NCBI GenBank assembly: GCA_002269645.1
Contig: NIVC01002230.1
Span: 1 to 64,000, forward strand
DNA: 64,000 bases
Origin: Macrostomum lignano
Lineage: Eukaryota
Direction of reading: 5' to 3'
Shown: positions 17,190 through 29,959 of the stretch, piece by piece
How the letters are laid out: every line of letters begins with the position of its first letter
Position numbering within the stretch: position 1 is the first letter of the stretch
Translations under genes and position numbers: made by a program
Notes under the pieces: model-generated
Told to the model about the DNA's origin: nothing
Databases searched by the model: none
Seen by the model: only the letters and a program-made list of their open reading frames with translations

Positions 17190-18467
17190 ATTTGTTATAT
17201 ATATAGTGTTTCTACAAAAAATATTAAAAAAAAGTTATTTTTGACTACTTAACTACTCAACAAAAATTCTTGATTTTGAGTCTCTAAAATAAACTTTAAA
17301 TACAATGGTTTTTTAAAATTAAGTGAGGTATCTATATTTGATAGGCCTAGTATTTAATAGAGACAACTTGATTTTGTCAGCCAGAATGTTTTTTATTTTT
17401 TGTTATGATCTTCAATGTTTAAGATAACAAATCCATTGCCCTTATCATGTTATAACACTAATAGATAAGTCTTTTTCAGCAAAATGCTTTTTGGAAAAAC
17501 AGTTGCTTACTATTTATTCCATTTTAGTTTAGATTCTATTGGTTTTGATTTTCAAAGCAAGTGCCTAATTCCTTATATGAAAATTAATAATTCTACATCA
17601 AGTTCTAATATAAGTAAAAATTCAAATTAAAGAATTAATAATTTTGTTCTATTAGGACTTTATATTTTTATGTTCATTAAATCAAGAGTAAATGTCAAAA
17701 TGCAATATAACTTTCTTATGGCAATGGCTAGTCATAATATCTACAAAACTACCAAAGTATATGCATTAATTTTATGCATGTCAGAATATTCAAGCATGTA
17801 GTTAGTTTTTAAGAGCTTTATTATGAGCTAGCTTCTATATACTAATTTTGCACTATTTGTCTATCTGTTGTCTGTCTATCTGTCTGTCATTGATCTTTTT
17901 GAAAACCATCTAGCCAATTTTTTCAAATATGCTTTAAAAAATTCTACTTTTTTTGGGATCATGCATAACTTTTTTTATGAAAAATTCAAATGGGAAGTGG
18001 GTCTAGTATTCAAAAAATGATTTTTTAATGCTTTCAATAGGCATTCTGTTTTTAACTTTATTTGCTCAGTTCAACCATTTAGGCTTCTCCTTGGCCAATA
18101 TACAGTCTAAGATGTACATTCACCACAAATGAGCTAAAGGAGTTTTATGACTGACCCTTTGCACAGTGGGCTCGCAATTTATAGGGTTGGTTAAAGTTTA
18201 TTATTGTTGATGATAGAGTGGGTGCATGGGGGTTAAACAGCTGGCCTAAAATTTATCAACTCCCTAGACTGCTCTGATCTTGTTTGTCTTATTTTATGAA
18301 TACAACACTAGGTGGCGCAGTTGCAGAGGGGGGGTCAATAGCTAATGAGCCCAATTGATGCAAATTCATTTGGCAAATTGGTATAAAATGTCTATTAATT
18401 ATTAGTAGGTCAAATATTCAAAAAGCAAGTTGTTAATGCTTTTGATATTTGCATTTTTTTTAATGCC

Positions 18468-18672
18468 CAGGCGCCGCAGAACAAGTTTTTGCCAGGGGGG
18501 GGGGCAGGACCAAGTTTCCAAAACTCAAGCCCAGACCCTGTCTTGGACAATGACCAAAAATTTAAGCAAAATTATGCTGTTGAACGGTATTTGAGGGGGA
18601 GGCAATGCCCCCCCCCCAACTCAATGTCAGGGGGGCAGCTGCCCCCCTGCCCCCCCTGTTCTGCGGCGCCTG
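18468..18672. mobile_element. hAT-type MITE (205 bp)
   Basis: 16-bp TIR CAGGCGCCGCAGAACA (18468-18483 / 18657-18672); 8-bp TSD TTAATGCC / TGAATGCC (7/8 match). Confidence 0.85.
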
Positions 18673-19317
18673 TGAATGCCTACCATTGGGCTTTTAGTGC
18701 TCGTAGTGTGCTTTTACTCAGCAACATCAAAAAGTCTGTGGTCGCCACTTTTTAGAGTGCAGGTAAAGCTTTTCCATCTTTGCAAGTGAAGCAACTTGCT
18801 ATTCTTTGGCAGGCTTGAGTTGAGGAATGAAGTGAGGGGGGGTGCGGTGTGCGAGGGTTTTGTTGGATGGATTAAAGCTACCCAATCAGTTTTCTTGTAT
18901 ATTTTATTTCAGAATAGTCCATGAGAAATTGCTCACTGGGGCATAGAGTGGCAGCTTTTCAATGTTGCTGGAGTATATATAAAACTTCAAACAATGAAAA
19001 ATAGATTTAGAAGAGGGTCAAATGTTCAAAAAACAATTTTTCATGCTTTCCAAGTTTGGATTTTGAATTCGAATGCCCCTATGGGGGCTTAATGCGCTAG
19101 TATGTACTTTTTTTGTTTATGTTTTTTTACTTTTAATTATAGCTAGGACACTTGACTTCAATATAATATAATTAAATATGCATCAATATATACAATTTTA
19201 ATCAGAAGCATATAGATAAAAAATTATTCTATTCGAATTTTCCTGCTGTTAGTAGTGTCATTCAGTTCATTTGTTAATTTTCTTCAGATATTTATTAAAA
19301 TCTAAATACAAAGTCAG

Positions 19318-20660
19318 ATGGAGCGCCGGTTCATATCGGAGAAGCAATTGGCTGACATTGCCCAGCAGCGGAAACTGGAACGAGGCGGCCAGGGCGATGA
19401 AGAGCAGGAGCCATACGACCCGCGCTCCCTCTATGAGCGTCTGCAGGAGCAGAAAGACAAAAAGCAAGCAGAATATGAGGAGCAGCACGCGTTACGAAAT
19501 CAGGTTTCTGAGATAATAAAAGCCGCTTTATACTACTTACTAAACTGGCTACTAGTATCAAAAAGCTAACTTAACAATTCCCTATTGAAATTCCATTTCG
19601 TATGGAGGGCGTCCTTTGTCTTGGCACCCTTTACTCGGCAGCCTTGGATCGCCTCCTCAGAACAGCCCAGTCCCAGGACACTCTGGACAGCCTTTCCCAG
19701 GACACTCTGGACAGCCTTTCCCAGGACACTCTGGACAGCCTTTCCCAGGACACTCTGGACAGCCTTTCCTAAGACACTCTGGACAGCCTTTCCTAAAACA
19801 CTCTGGACAGCCTTTCCTAAGACACCCTGGACACCATTTTCCAGGACACCATGTACCCTTTCCATCCAAGGACACCCAGGACACCCTGGACAGCCTTTCC
19901 CAGGACCAGGACACTCTGGACAGCCTTTCCCAGGACACTCTGGACAGCCTTTCCTAAGACACTCTGGACAGCCTTTCCTAAGACACCCTGGACACCATTT
20001 TCCAGGACACCATGGACCCTTCCCAGGACACTTTGGACAGCTTTACAGGATATCCTTTGCAAGAAATCTTCTCTGGACACGCCTTTCCTTGGACGCGCTC
20101 CTCTCTCAGGACACCTCCAAACACTACTTGAGTAGTCAGTACTGTAGATTAATGTAATTATTCAAGTTCCCAAAGTGGACCAATCACCCCGCCGCCGGCA
20201 GGTGTCCCGCATCACGGAGGACGAGGCTCAGTTTCTGTCCGACCTGGCCAAGCGCCAAGCCGAAGAGGAGCGCCAACGCCGCGCCGAGGACCGCGCCCTC
20301 ATCGAGGCCTACAACCGTGCGGTGCAGGGCCGCAAGCCCGCGGCAGATCCGAGCGCTGGAGACGTCACCGCCGCGCCTGTGACTGTGTCGATCAGCGTCT
20401 CCAACTCGTCTGGCGCCGGTCCCAAAAAGACCAGCGCCCAGCGCAGTCTGCTGGGCCGGGCTGTTGCCGTGAAACGGAAATTGCCCACTGACTCAGCTGG
20501 CAGCAATGATGAGGCATCGTCTCAGTCTCAGCCTCCGGTAAAGTCGGTCGCCGATTCAAAGACAGAAGCGAAACCTGAGGCAAAGGATGCCGCGGTGTCG
20601 CTTTTAGCCGCCTACGCGACTGACTCAGACTCAGAGGCTGATGAGGCATCAGCGTCTTGA
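19318..20660 (+). CDS. PSME3IP1: PSME3-interacting protein (FAM192A/NIP30), 214 aa; exons 19318-19503, 20202-20660
   Basis: RRFISE...YDPRSLYERLQEQKDKKQAEYEEQ...NQ|VSRITEDEAQFL matches the FAM192A N-terminal domain; C-terminal AYATDSDSE acidic/Ser motif; phase-0 GT-AG intron. Confidence 0.92.
19670..20045. repeat. 24-nt minisatellite in PSME3IP1 intron
   Basis: CAGGACACTCTGGACAGCCTTTCC units. Confidence 0.9.
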
Positions 20661-20806
20661 GTTTGGCCTGCCTTTTTCGTGTTTTTAACAATTATGCATT
20701 TTTCAGATTTAAGTAACTGACATTCTTGGTTGGCCTTTGAATTTGTTAATGCAACATGTTGTTTACGGGTCAAAATCTCTTGTAAAGTAGTGATCCCGAA
20801 CTAAAA

Positions 20807-20812
20807 AATAAA
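20807..20812 (+). promoter_or_regulatory. candidate polyadenylation signal of PSME3IP1
   Basis: AATAAA ~150 nt after the stop codon. Confidence 0.45.
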
Positions 20813-20844
20813 TTTGGGAATTTGATTAGTTCTATAAATGAGAT

Positions 20845-21485
20845 TTTGCGATTTGGGGAATTCTAGGTGTCAGGTTTTGCGATTTGGGGAATTCTAGGTG
20901 TCAGGTTTTGCGATTTGGGGAATTCTAGGTGTCAGGTTTTGCGATTTGGGAATTCTAGTTTGTCAGGTTTTGCGATTTGGGAATTCTAGTTTGTCAGGTT
21001 TTGCGATTTGGGGAATTCTAGGTGTCAGGTTTTGCGATTTGGGGAATTCTAGATGTCAGGTTTAGCGATTTGGGGAATTCTAGGTGTCAGGTTTTGCGAT
21101 TTGGGGAATTCTAGGTGTCAGGTTTTGCGATTTGGGGAATTCTAGGTGTCAGGTTTTGCGATTTGGGGAATTCTAGGTGTCAGGTTTTGCGATTTGGGGA
21201 ATTCTAGGTGTCAGGTTTTGCGATTTGGGGAATTCTAGGTGTCAGGTTTTGCGATTTGGGGAATTCTAGGTGTCAGGTTTTGCGATTTGGGGAATTCTAG
21301 GTGTCAGGTTTTGCGATTTGGGGAATTCTAGGTGTCAGGTTTTGCGATTTGGGGAATTCTAGGTGTCAGGTTTTGCGATTTGGGGAATTCTAGGTGTCAG
21401 GTTTTGCGATTTGGGGAATTCTAGGTGTCAGGTTTTGCGATTTGGGGAATTCTAGGTGTCAGGTTTTGCGATTTGGGGAATTCCA
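20845..21485. repeat. 31-nt minisatellite
   Basis: TTTTGCGATTTGGGGAATTCTAGGTGTCAGG units. Confidence 0.95.
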
Positions 21486-22092
21486 GGGGTGAGATGAAAA
21501 TTCAGGGGTTAGATTTTAGAGTTGGAACAATTTAGAGTTGGGTTTGAAATGACCAGCTTTGGCTTCAATATTCTCACATAGTAACTTTTATTTGTCATAT
21601 TAAGTCGATATTTGTATTTAAAGCGAAACAATCTTTTGCTAATAAAAAGCCGTAGTAATCTATTAAAAACCACTTCAAAGCTGCGCACTTGTTTTCCTAT
21701 AATTATTTCTTGTTTCTCACAGAGCGCCCCTGTGCAGAGTTTGTTCCTAGCAACTCAAAACAATTTAGGGGGAATTATTATTTATAGATGTGAACATTAT
21801 CCCAAATCCGCTTGTCGATATTTTAGAATTGTAGTTTTTGTTCCTAGCTCCAATAAGCGATCGATCTGGCTGGCCCCGTTCTCAATAGGAAATGACTCAA
21901 AATTGGGGCACTTCAATACTCACTCCCAGAATGCACTTTGGCTGGTGGAGGGGGCTGAGCGGAAAAATGAAGCAAAGTACGCGTATAGCAGTATGAGGAA
22001 TAGATCCCCGCCTCCCCAAATCGGATAAGAAATTACAAATTATGACGCGCTTGATTAGCTCTGGAGCCCTAGTCTGACTCCCTCCCGTTGCT

Positions 22093-25000
22093 ATGCCAAC
22101 CAGGACAGTTGGCTTAAAGAAGCTACTCATTCGCAATTTCCAGTTGCGCAATCAGTCTCAAGCTTCGGCTTCGGCCGCTGCTGCCGCCGCCGCGGCTCCG
22201 CACGCCAGCCGCTACGTGGCCGACCCGACCGGGGCAGCGGCCGCGGCCGCCTCCGTCCTGTCGCTGTCCTCGGCCGGCGGCTCCGCTGCTCATCGATTCG
22301 AAGGCGACCCGGCCGACACCGTTCACTACTGGAGCCTGGTGGGCAGCTGGGAGGACTTCAAGCGAAGCAAGCACACCATGGTGGCGCATATCGAGGCTGG
22401 CAGATACTTCCTGTACGCTTTCGGTGGCGACAATGGCCGCGCTACGTTGAATGACGTGCTCAGGTGAAGTGTCCATCACTAACCCTGAGTCTCTAGACTG
22501 GTGTCTAACCCTGAGTCTCTAGACTAGTGTCTAACCCTGAGTCTCTAGACTGGTGTCTAACCCTGAGTCTCTAGACTAGTGTCTAACCCTGAGTCTCTAG
22601 ACTGGTGTCTAACCCTGAGTCTCTAGACTAGTGTCTAACCCTGAGTCTCTAGACTGGTGTCTAACCCTGAGTCTCTAGACTGGTGTCTCACCCTGAGTCT
22701 CTAGACAGACTGGTGTCTAACCAGTCTAAAATTTAGGATCTCAGCCCTGAATCTCTGACGATCTCACCATTGAATCTCCAGAAATGTCATCCGTAAATCT
22801 CCATAAATACGAGTATCATCCCTAAATCTGCAGAAGTCTCATCCCTGAATCTCCAGAAATCTCATCCCTGAATCTCCAGAAATCTCATCCCTGAATCTCC
22901 AGAAATCTCATCCCTGAATCTCCAGAAATCTCATCCCTGAATCTCCAGAAATCTCATCCCTGAATCTCCAGAAATCTCATCCCTGAATCTCCAGAAATCT
23001 CATCCCTGAATCTCCAGAAATCTCATCCCTGAATCTCCAGAAATCTCATCCCTGAATCTCCAGAAATCTCATCCCTGAATCTCCAGAAATCTCATCCCTG
23101 AATCTCCAGAAATCTCATCCCTGAATCTCTCACTAAATCCATTTCTCGCTAACCGCGTCTCCACCACGTCAGATACGACATCGAAGCCCGCACGTGGACG
23201 CAGGTGCTGCCAGTGAACGGCACCCCGCCGGCGCCCCGCTACACTCACTCAGCGGTGGTCGCCGACGACTCCATGCTGATATTCGGTGGCTACACAGGCG
23301 AAGAGAACAAAAACGACCTGTTCGAGTACCGGTTCGGCTCGCGCTACTGGGCCGAGTGGAAATTCGACGCCAAATCGGCAAAGCCTGTGCCACGCACCGC
23401 CCATTGCGCTTTTGTCTACGACGGCAGGATGTGGATCTACGCCGGATACGACGGCAACAGGCGGCTCAACGACCTGTGGAACACGCCCGTGCCGTCCAGC
23501 TACGGAGCCTCCCCCATGGCCGTTCACTTCTGGGAGGAGGCCCAGCAGATGGGCGCCCAGCCGCCGCCTCTGTGCAACTTCTCGCTGACGGTGGGTTTGA
23601 GAGAAGCATTTTGTGTCATAGCCAGTGCCTCATTGTAGTCACAGCCAGTGCCGCATATTGCAGTCACAGCCAGTGCCTCATTGTAGTCACAGCCAGTGCC
23701 TCATTGTAGTCACAGCCAGTGCCTCATTGTAGTCACAGCCAGTGCCGCATATTGCAGTCACAGCCAGTGCCTGATTGTAGTCACAGCCAGTGCCGCATAT
23801 TGCAGTCACAGCCAGTGCCTCATTATAGTCACAGCCAGTGCCGCATATTGTTGTCACAGCCAGTGCCGTATATTGCAGTCACAGCCAAGTGCCTCATTAT
23901 AGTCACAGCAAGTGCCTCATTATAGTCACAGCCAGTGCCTCATTATAGTCACAGCCAATGCCTCATTATAGTCACAGCCAGTGCCTCATTATAGTCACAG
24001 CCAATGCCTCATTATAGTCACAGCCAGTGCCTCATTATAGTCACAGCCAGTGCCTCATTATAGTCACAGCCAGTGCCTCATTATAGTCACAGCCAGTGCC
24101 TCATATTGTTGTCACAGCCAGTGCCTCATATTGTTGTCACAGCCAGTGCCTCATATTGTTGTCACAGCCAGTGCCTCATATTGTAGTCACAGCCAGTGCC
24201 GCATATTGTAGTCACAGCCAGTGCCGCATATTGTAGTCACAGCCAGTGCCGCATATTGTAGTCACAGTCAGTGCCGCATATTGTAGTCACAGTCAGTGCC
24301 GCATATTGTAGTCACAGTCAGTACCGCATATTGTAGTCACAGCCAGTGCCGCATATTGTAGTCACAGTCAGTACCGCATATTGTAGTCACAGCCAGTGCC
24401 GCATATTGTAGTCACAGTCAGTACCGCATATTGTAGTCACAGTCAGTGCCGCATATTGTAGTCACAGCCAGTGCCGTATATTGTAGTCACAGCCAGTGCC
24501 GTATATTGTAGTCACAGTCAGTACCGCATATTGTAGTCACAGTCAGTGCCGCATATTGTAGTCACAGCCAGTGCCGTATATTGTAGTCACAGTCAGTACC
24601 GCATATTGTTAATCACAGTCAATGCCGCATATTGTAGTCACAGTCAGTGCCGCATATTGTAGTCACAGCCAGTGCCGTATATTGTAGTCACAGTCAGTAC
24701 CGCATATTGTAGTCACAGTCAGTGCCGCATATTGTAGTCACAGCCAGTGCCGTATATTGTAGTCACAGTCAGTACCGCATATTGTAGTCACAGTCAGTGC
24801 CGCATATTGTAGTCACAGCCAGTGCCGTATATTGTAGTCACAGTCAATGCCGCATATTGTAGTCACAGTCAGTGCCTCATATTGTCACATGTCACAGCGA
24901 CAGTCGCAGTGTCTCATCCAGTGCCTGAATATATGTCCGAATCTTTGTTGTGAAATATTTCATAACTGACAGGCTCACATTTATTATCTCTTGTACTATA

Positions 25001-28000
25001 TAAAGTTTATTTAATCTGCACATCCGTTCTCCAGCTTACTATAAATAGTCTCGTATTAAACGCCCTAAAAAACCCGCAGGTCTGCAGGGACACTCTGTTC
25101 GTATTTAGCGGCGAGAGCGGCAGCAAGTCCTCTAACAAGCTTTACCAATACGACTTCTCCAGCAGCCACTGGTCGGTTATCAATCGCGACAACGTGCTGG
25201 GCTGCGTAGCCCCCGCGCCGGAGAAAGTGTTCGGCCACTCTATGCTGAGCTACGGCCGGCACCTGTTTGTGTTCGGCGGCGTGACCGGCTCGTCCGTTAT
25301 GAACCAGCTGTTTAGCTACGATCTGGACGATAAAACCTGGTCCACTGTGGAGCCCGCCGCTGGTTCGTTGCTTTTTGGGATTGGCCCATTTTGGCCCATT
25401 GCGGGGTTAAACTGGAGGGTGAAGAAGAGAACTGAAGGATGAAAAAGAGAACTGGAGGGTGAAGAAGAGAACTGGAGGGTGAAGAAGAGAGCTGGAGGGT
25501 AAAGAAGAGAACTGGAGGGTGAAGAAGAGAACTGGAGGGTGAAGAAGAGAACTGGAGGGTGAAGAAGAGAACTGGAGGGTAAAGAAAAAGAACTGGAGGG
25601 TGAAGAAGAGAGCTGGAGGGTAAAGAAGAGAACTGGAGGGTAAAGAAGAGAACTCGAGGGTAAAGAAGAGAACTCGAGGGTAAAGAAGAGAACTCGAGAG
25701 TGAAGAAAGAGAACTGGAGGATGAAAAGGGAACTGGAGGGTGAAGAAGAGAACTGGATGGTAAAGAAGAGAGCTGGAGGGTGAAGAAAAAGAACTAGAGG
25801 GTGAAGAAGAGAACTGGAGGGTGAAGAAAAAGAACTAGAGGGTGAAGAAGAGAACTGGATGGTGAAGAAGACAGGCTATAAGACCTATCAGAGTGATATG
25901 AAAGCTGTTAAATCCATCCACTGCAACTGCAGGCAGTCGCGTACCAGACGGCCGGCTGTACCACAGCGCAGTGCTGGTGGACTCCAGCATGTACATATTC
26001 GGCGGCAATGTTGAAAAGAACCTATTCAGCGGCGACATGTACAGAATCCAGCTGTCCAGCTATCCCCGCTGCACGCTGCAGGACGATTTCGGCAGACTGT
26101 TGCAGAGTAACATGCTGTGCGATGTTGAGTTCCTTGTTGGCCCTGATAAGCAGTCGATCATGGCGCACCAGTGCTTCCTGGCTGCCAGGTGCGGCTTGAG
26201 TTTTATTGTGTCCTATTGGTCTGGGGAATGCTTATGTTGTTTTAGATTTTGAGCTGGTAGGGAAGAGGGTTTCTAATGGAATGTGGCCGAAATATTTAGA
26301 TTGTGTAATAAAATTCTTGGATATATGCAGGGTGACCGCGGTCAGGGAAAGTCAGGGAAAGTCAGGGAAAAAAATGTGGTCTGGAAAGTCAGGGAAAGTC
26401 AGGGAAATTCTTAGGAAGTCAGGGAAAATTTGAAAGTAAATTAGAAAATTGAAGAAAAAAATTGTGAGACAAGAAAGCGGCTAATCGATAGCACTAAGTA
26501 GCTCGAATAGTAAATCTGTTTTGTTTGTTCCATGTATTTTTGTTTTTAAAAGCTGGTATTTATTTGAAATTGGCAGATACTTGTTCTTAAATGAATAATT
26601 TATGGGCTTGTAGGCCTACATATTGCTAATCTATAATTGCTGTGCTAATCACACTGACAGTAAAATATATAGTCCATACTATGATAATATATTAACCAGG
26701 CCATTAATAGAAAGGTGTATATTTTGTTTTTCTGTGCTGGTGGCAGAATTGGATAGTGACCCACCATCCTCATCACCGGCTCAAGCGGATTTTGATGCGC
26801 TTGTCCTGGAAGCCTACACTAAGGGACGCATCACTGCGGAAGCTGACGCTGCAAAGTCCGAGTTCACCCAGTTTCGAACTGTTACAGTTCGTGAGCATCG
26901 ATTTCAGCTGTCTCAATTCGACTATAAGTCAGACCGACTTGATGTCCTCTTTGCTTCCCTCTTCACTGATTCAACGAGTACCAATAATTTGCAGATCATT
27001 GTGAAGATGGTTCTGACAACCTTCCATGGGAATGCTGCTGTTGAGCGCGGCTTCAGTGTCAACAAAGAGTGCCTAGAACCAAATCTTCAGGGATTAAGCA
27101 TTCGTTCTCTCCGACTTGTGTACGAGTGGCAAAAGGGAAAGACTGCCGCTGAAATCATCGCGAAAGTTACCGAGGAGATGTTGAAGAGTGTGAGAAGTGC
27201 CAGGAGTAGGTACAGGGCCATGTTGGAGCAGCAGCGAGCAGAAGCATCTCATCGGAAATACGAGGAATCAAGGAAAAGGAAGGATGCAACGGTGCTGGAG
27301 CTCCAGTCGAAGCAAAAGAAGCTCCTGCTTGATGTTGCAGTTCTCACCAAAGATGCGGATAGCCTCGTGTACCAATGTGAGACGGATTCAAACATGAGCC
27401 TACTCGTGAAGTCAAATGCACTGCGTCGTGCTGCACAACAGAAAAAGGAAGAAGTGGAGAAGGTAGAGAAAGAGATTGTAGCACTTGAAGGTACGATTCC
27501 TCATTGAACTCAATTTTAACTACAGTGCTACATCTCTTAACTTTGTTTTACTGTGCGCCACATACAATAAAAGTTAGTACTTGATATTTTTCATGCAATT
27601 TTTTATCAAACACTACGTTTTTTGTGGTCAGTTTCCGGTGCATTAATTTTTCATTATTAATTCAAACAAATTATTGCCAATACATGCGCTGTTTCAACTT
27701 CAATTCAAATTAAATTAATCTCAACATTGCTGACTTTTTAATGCGCAACAGTTTGTTGCAATAAAATTATTGTGCACAACTATCACTGAGCTTCTTCTAT
27801 TACTTTTAGTGTGTCAGGGAAAATTTAGTTTAGTCAGGGAAGAAAAAAGTTACTGGAGCGCGGTCACCCTGATATGGGACTTGTCAATAGGGTTCTATAG
27901 GGCATATTTATGAAATTTTGAAAGTCAAAATTGTATTGCTAAAAGATTCTTAGAAATATGGGATTAGGCAATAAGATTCTTAGAAATTTGGAAATTAGAC

Positions 28001-28777
28001 AATAAGATTCTTAGAAATATGATGAGATTAGGCAATAAGATTCTTAGAAATTTGGAAATTAGACAATAAGATTCTTAGAAAAATGATGAGATTAGGCAAT
28101 AAGATTCTTAGAAACATGGGACTTAACAATATGCCAATGAGATTCTAAGAAACTGACCCTCCCACCCCTGCCCGCAGGTCCTGCTTTCTCATCAATCGAA
28201 TTCGCGAGGCCCGTCAGGCGGCGGCTCAGCAGGCGGCCGGCCAGCAGCCGCAGTCCGGTCCCCTGCGTGTCCGTCTGCCCGAGACCGATCCCACCGCCTT
28301 CCGCCTGATTCTGTCCTTTGTGTACACCGACCAGCTGCAGCCGGTCGAGAATGCGAGGACATGCAGAACACGGCCACTATCCTGCTGATGATGCAGGTCT
28401 ACCAGCTGGCCCTGCAGTTCCAGATGTCCAGGCTGCAGCACGTTGTCACGCAGTATCTGGAGTCCTGCATCAACGATCGCAATGTTGTTGTGACCTACGA
28501 GCGGGCTAGCGAATTGGGCCAAGTGCCCGTTAAAGAGTACTGCTTGAACTTTATGACCAAGGATTCCGTCTATAAATCCGTTATACACAGGTTAGTTGCT
28601 CGGGGTGCAGTGGCTTGCTTTTTTAAATTAATGGATATACAGACGAACGGGCAGATAGACAGACAGACAGGAAGACATTGCCTGTTGTCTACAATATTGT
28701 GTCACGGTTCACTTCATGATTATGTCAGACAGGCAGGCAGGCAGGCAGACAGACAGACAGACAGATAGACAGACATG

Positions 28778-28815
<38 letters not shown>

Positions 28816-28869
28816 CACAGACATACATACAGACACTAAGACAGACAGACAGACAGATAGACAGACATG

Positions 28870-28925
<56 letters not shown>

Positions 28926-28962
28926 TAGATAGATAGATAGACAGACATACATACAGACACTA

Positions 28963-28993
<31 letters not shown>

Positions 28994-29022
28994 TAGATAG
29001 ACAGACATACATACAGACACTA

Positions 29023-29117
<95 letters not shown>

Positions 29118-29946
29118 TAGATATACAGACATGCATACAGACACTAAGACAGACAGACAGACAGACAGACAGACTACGCTCGTAGACAGTAGATGCGGAC
29201 AGGCACCAACCCTGGCATAAACATACCCCAAAACTCCTTACAGCCGCGAGTTCGAAGAGCTGGACAAGCCGCTAATCCTGGAAGTTGTCCGGCGTCGCGA
29301 ACGTTTTGCCGCCTCGCCGAGTGGCGCTGTGTCGGCGGCCAACTCTGCTAATCGGATTATCGACGCGCACAAGCGCGACATTCTCGAGCACACAAACAGC
29401 TTAAAGAAAGATATGGCCATCTTTCTGAGCACGGTGGGGCCGGACTATTCGGACGTGACTCTGTTGCTAGGCGAACATCGAATACCCGCCCATCGGGCCG
29501 TTCTGGCCGCCCGCTGTGGCTACTTTGAAGCCCTGTTCCGCTCCTTCCCACCTAAGGACGATGTGGTTGAGGTGAGCTTCGGCAAATTCGTGCCAACCAA
29601 GCAGGCCTTCAGCAATCTGCTGCGCTACATCTACTGCGGCGATATGAGCATGCCGCCGGCCGACCTCATGTACATTGCCAACGCCTGCGACTATTACAAC
29701 TTCGCTAATGACAGGCTGCAGGCCTACTGCAAGCAGAATATCGAGGTCAATATTTCGCCCGATAATGTGCTCACTATTCTCGAAGCCGCCGATGTTATCA
29801 AATCTCAAGGCGTTAAATCGCACGCGCTAAGAATTGTGGCTAAGAATGCTAGGCGCATTGTGGACGGTGAGCAGTCGGCTACGCTGCTGCGCCTGCCGCC
29901 TCAGCTGCTTGTTGAAATTCTGCGCGCTGTTGTGCTGGAGAAGTGA
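22093..29946 (+). CDS. LZTR1: LZTR1 (Kelch-BTB-BACK-BTB-BACK CUL3 adaptor); exons 22093-22463, 23173-23590, 25080-25362, 25933-26188, 28178-28590, 29244-29946; one apparent -1 frameshift at ~28354
   Basis: TVHYWSLV...KRSKHTMVA...[22 protein letters not shown]...[50 protein letters not shown], second BTB ([20 protein letters not shown]). All five introns are GT-AG with compatible phases (2,0,1,2,2). Confidence 0.95.
22480..22725. repeat. 26-nt minisatellite, LZTR1 intron 1
   Basis: AACCCTGAGTCTCTAGACTGGTGTCT units. Confidence 0.9.
22835..23128. repeat. 23-nt minisatellite, LZTR1 intron 1
   Basis: ATCTCATCCCTGAATCTCCAGAA units. Confidence 0.92.
23615..24885. repeat. 23-25-nt minisatellite, LZTR1 intron 2
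   Basis: GTCACAGCCAGTGCCGCATATTGTA / ...GCCTCATTATA units. Confidence 0.95.
25408..25870. repeat. 20-nt purine-rich minisatellite, LZTR1 intron 3
   Basis: AGAGAACTGGAGGGTGAAGA units. Confidence 0.92.
26328..27871 (+). mobile_element. internally deleted hAT-like DNA transposon (1544 bp) with 5-bp TSD, in LZTR1 intron 4
   Basis: 13-bp perfect TIR CAGGGTGACCGCG (26328-26340 / 27859-27871); flanking ATATG duplicated (26323-26327 / 27872-27876); subterminal TCAGGGAAA repeats; internal transposase-like ORF. Confidence 0.88.
26747..27507 (+). pseudogene. C-terminal transposase fragment (hAT dimerization-like region plus coiled coil)
   Basis: ORF 26623-27507 contains [18 protein letters not shown] (hAT-type ERxFS motif). 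No ATG start; likely acceptor at 26745-26746; AATAAA at 27566-27571; lies between the TIRs. Confidence 0.75.
27945..28150. repeat. ~31-nt degenerate repeat, LZTR1 intron 4
   Basis: GATTCTTAGAAAT...ATTAG(G/A)CAATAA units. Confidence 0.8.
28725..29175. repeat. (GACA)n microsatellite with GATA/CATA/CACTAA variants, LZTR1 intron 5
   Basis: Read directly. Confidence 0.97.
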
Positions 29947-29959
29947 TCCACAATTGGCA

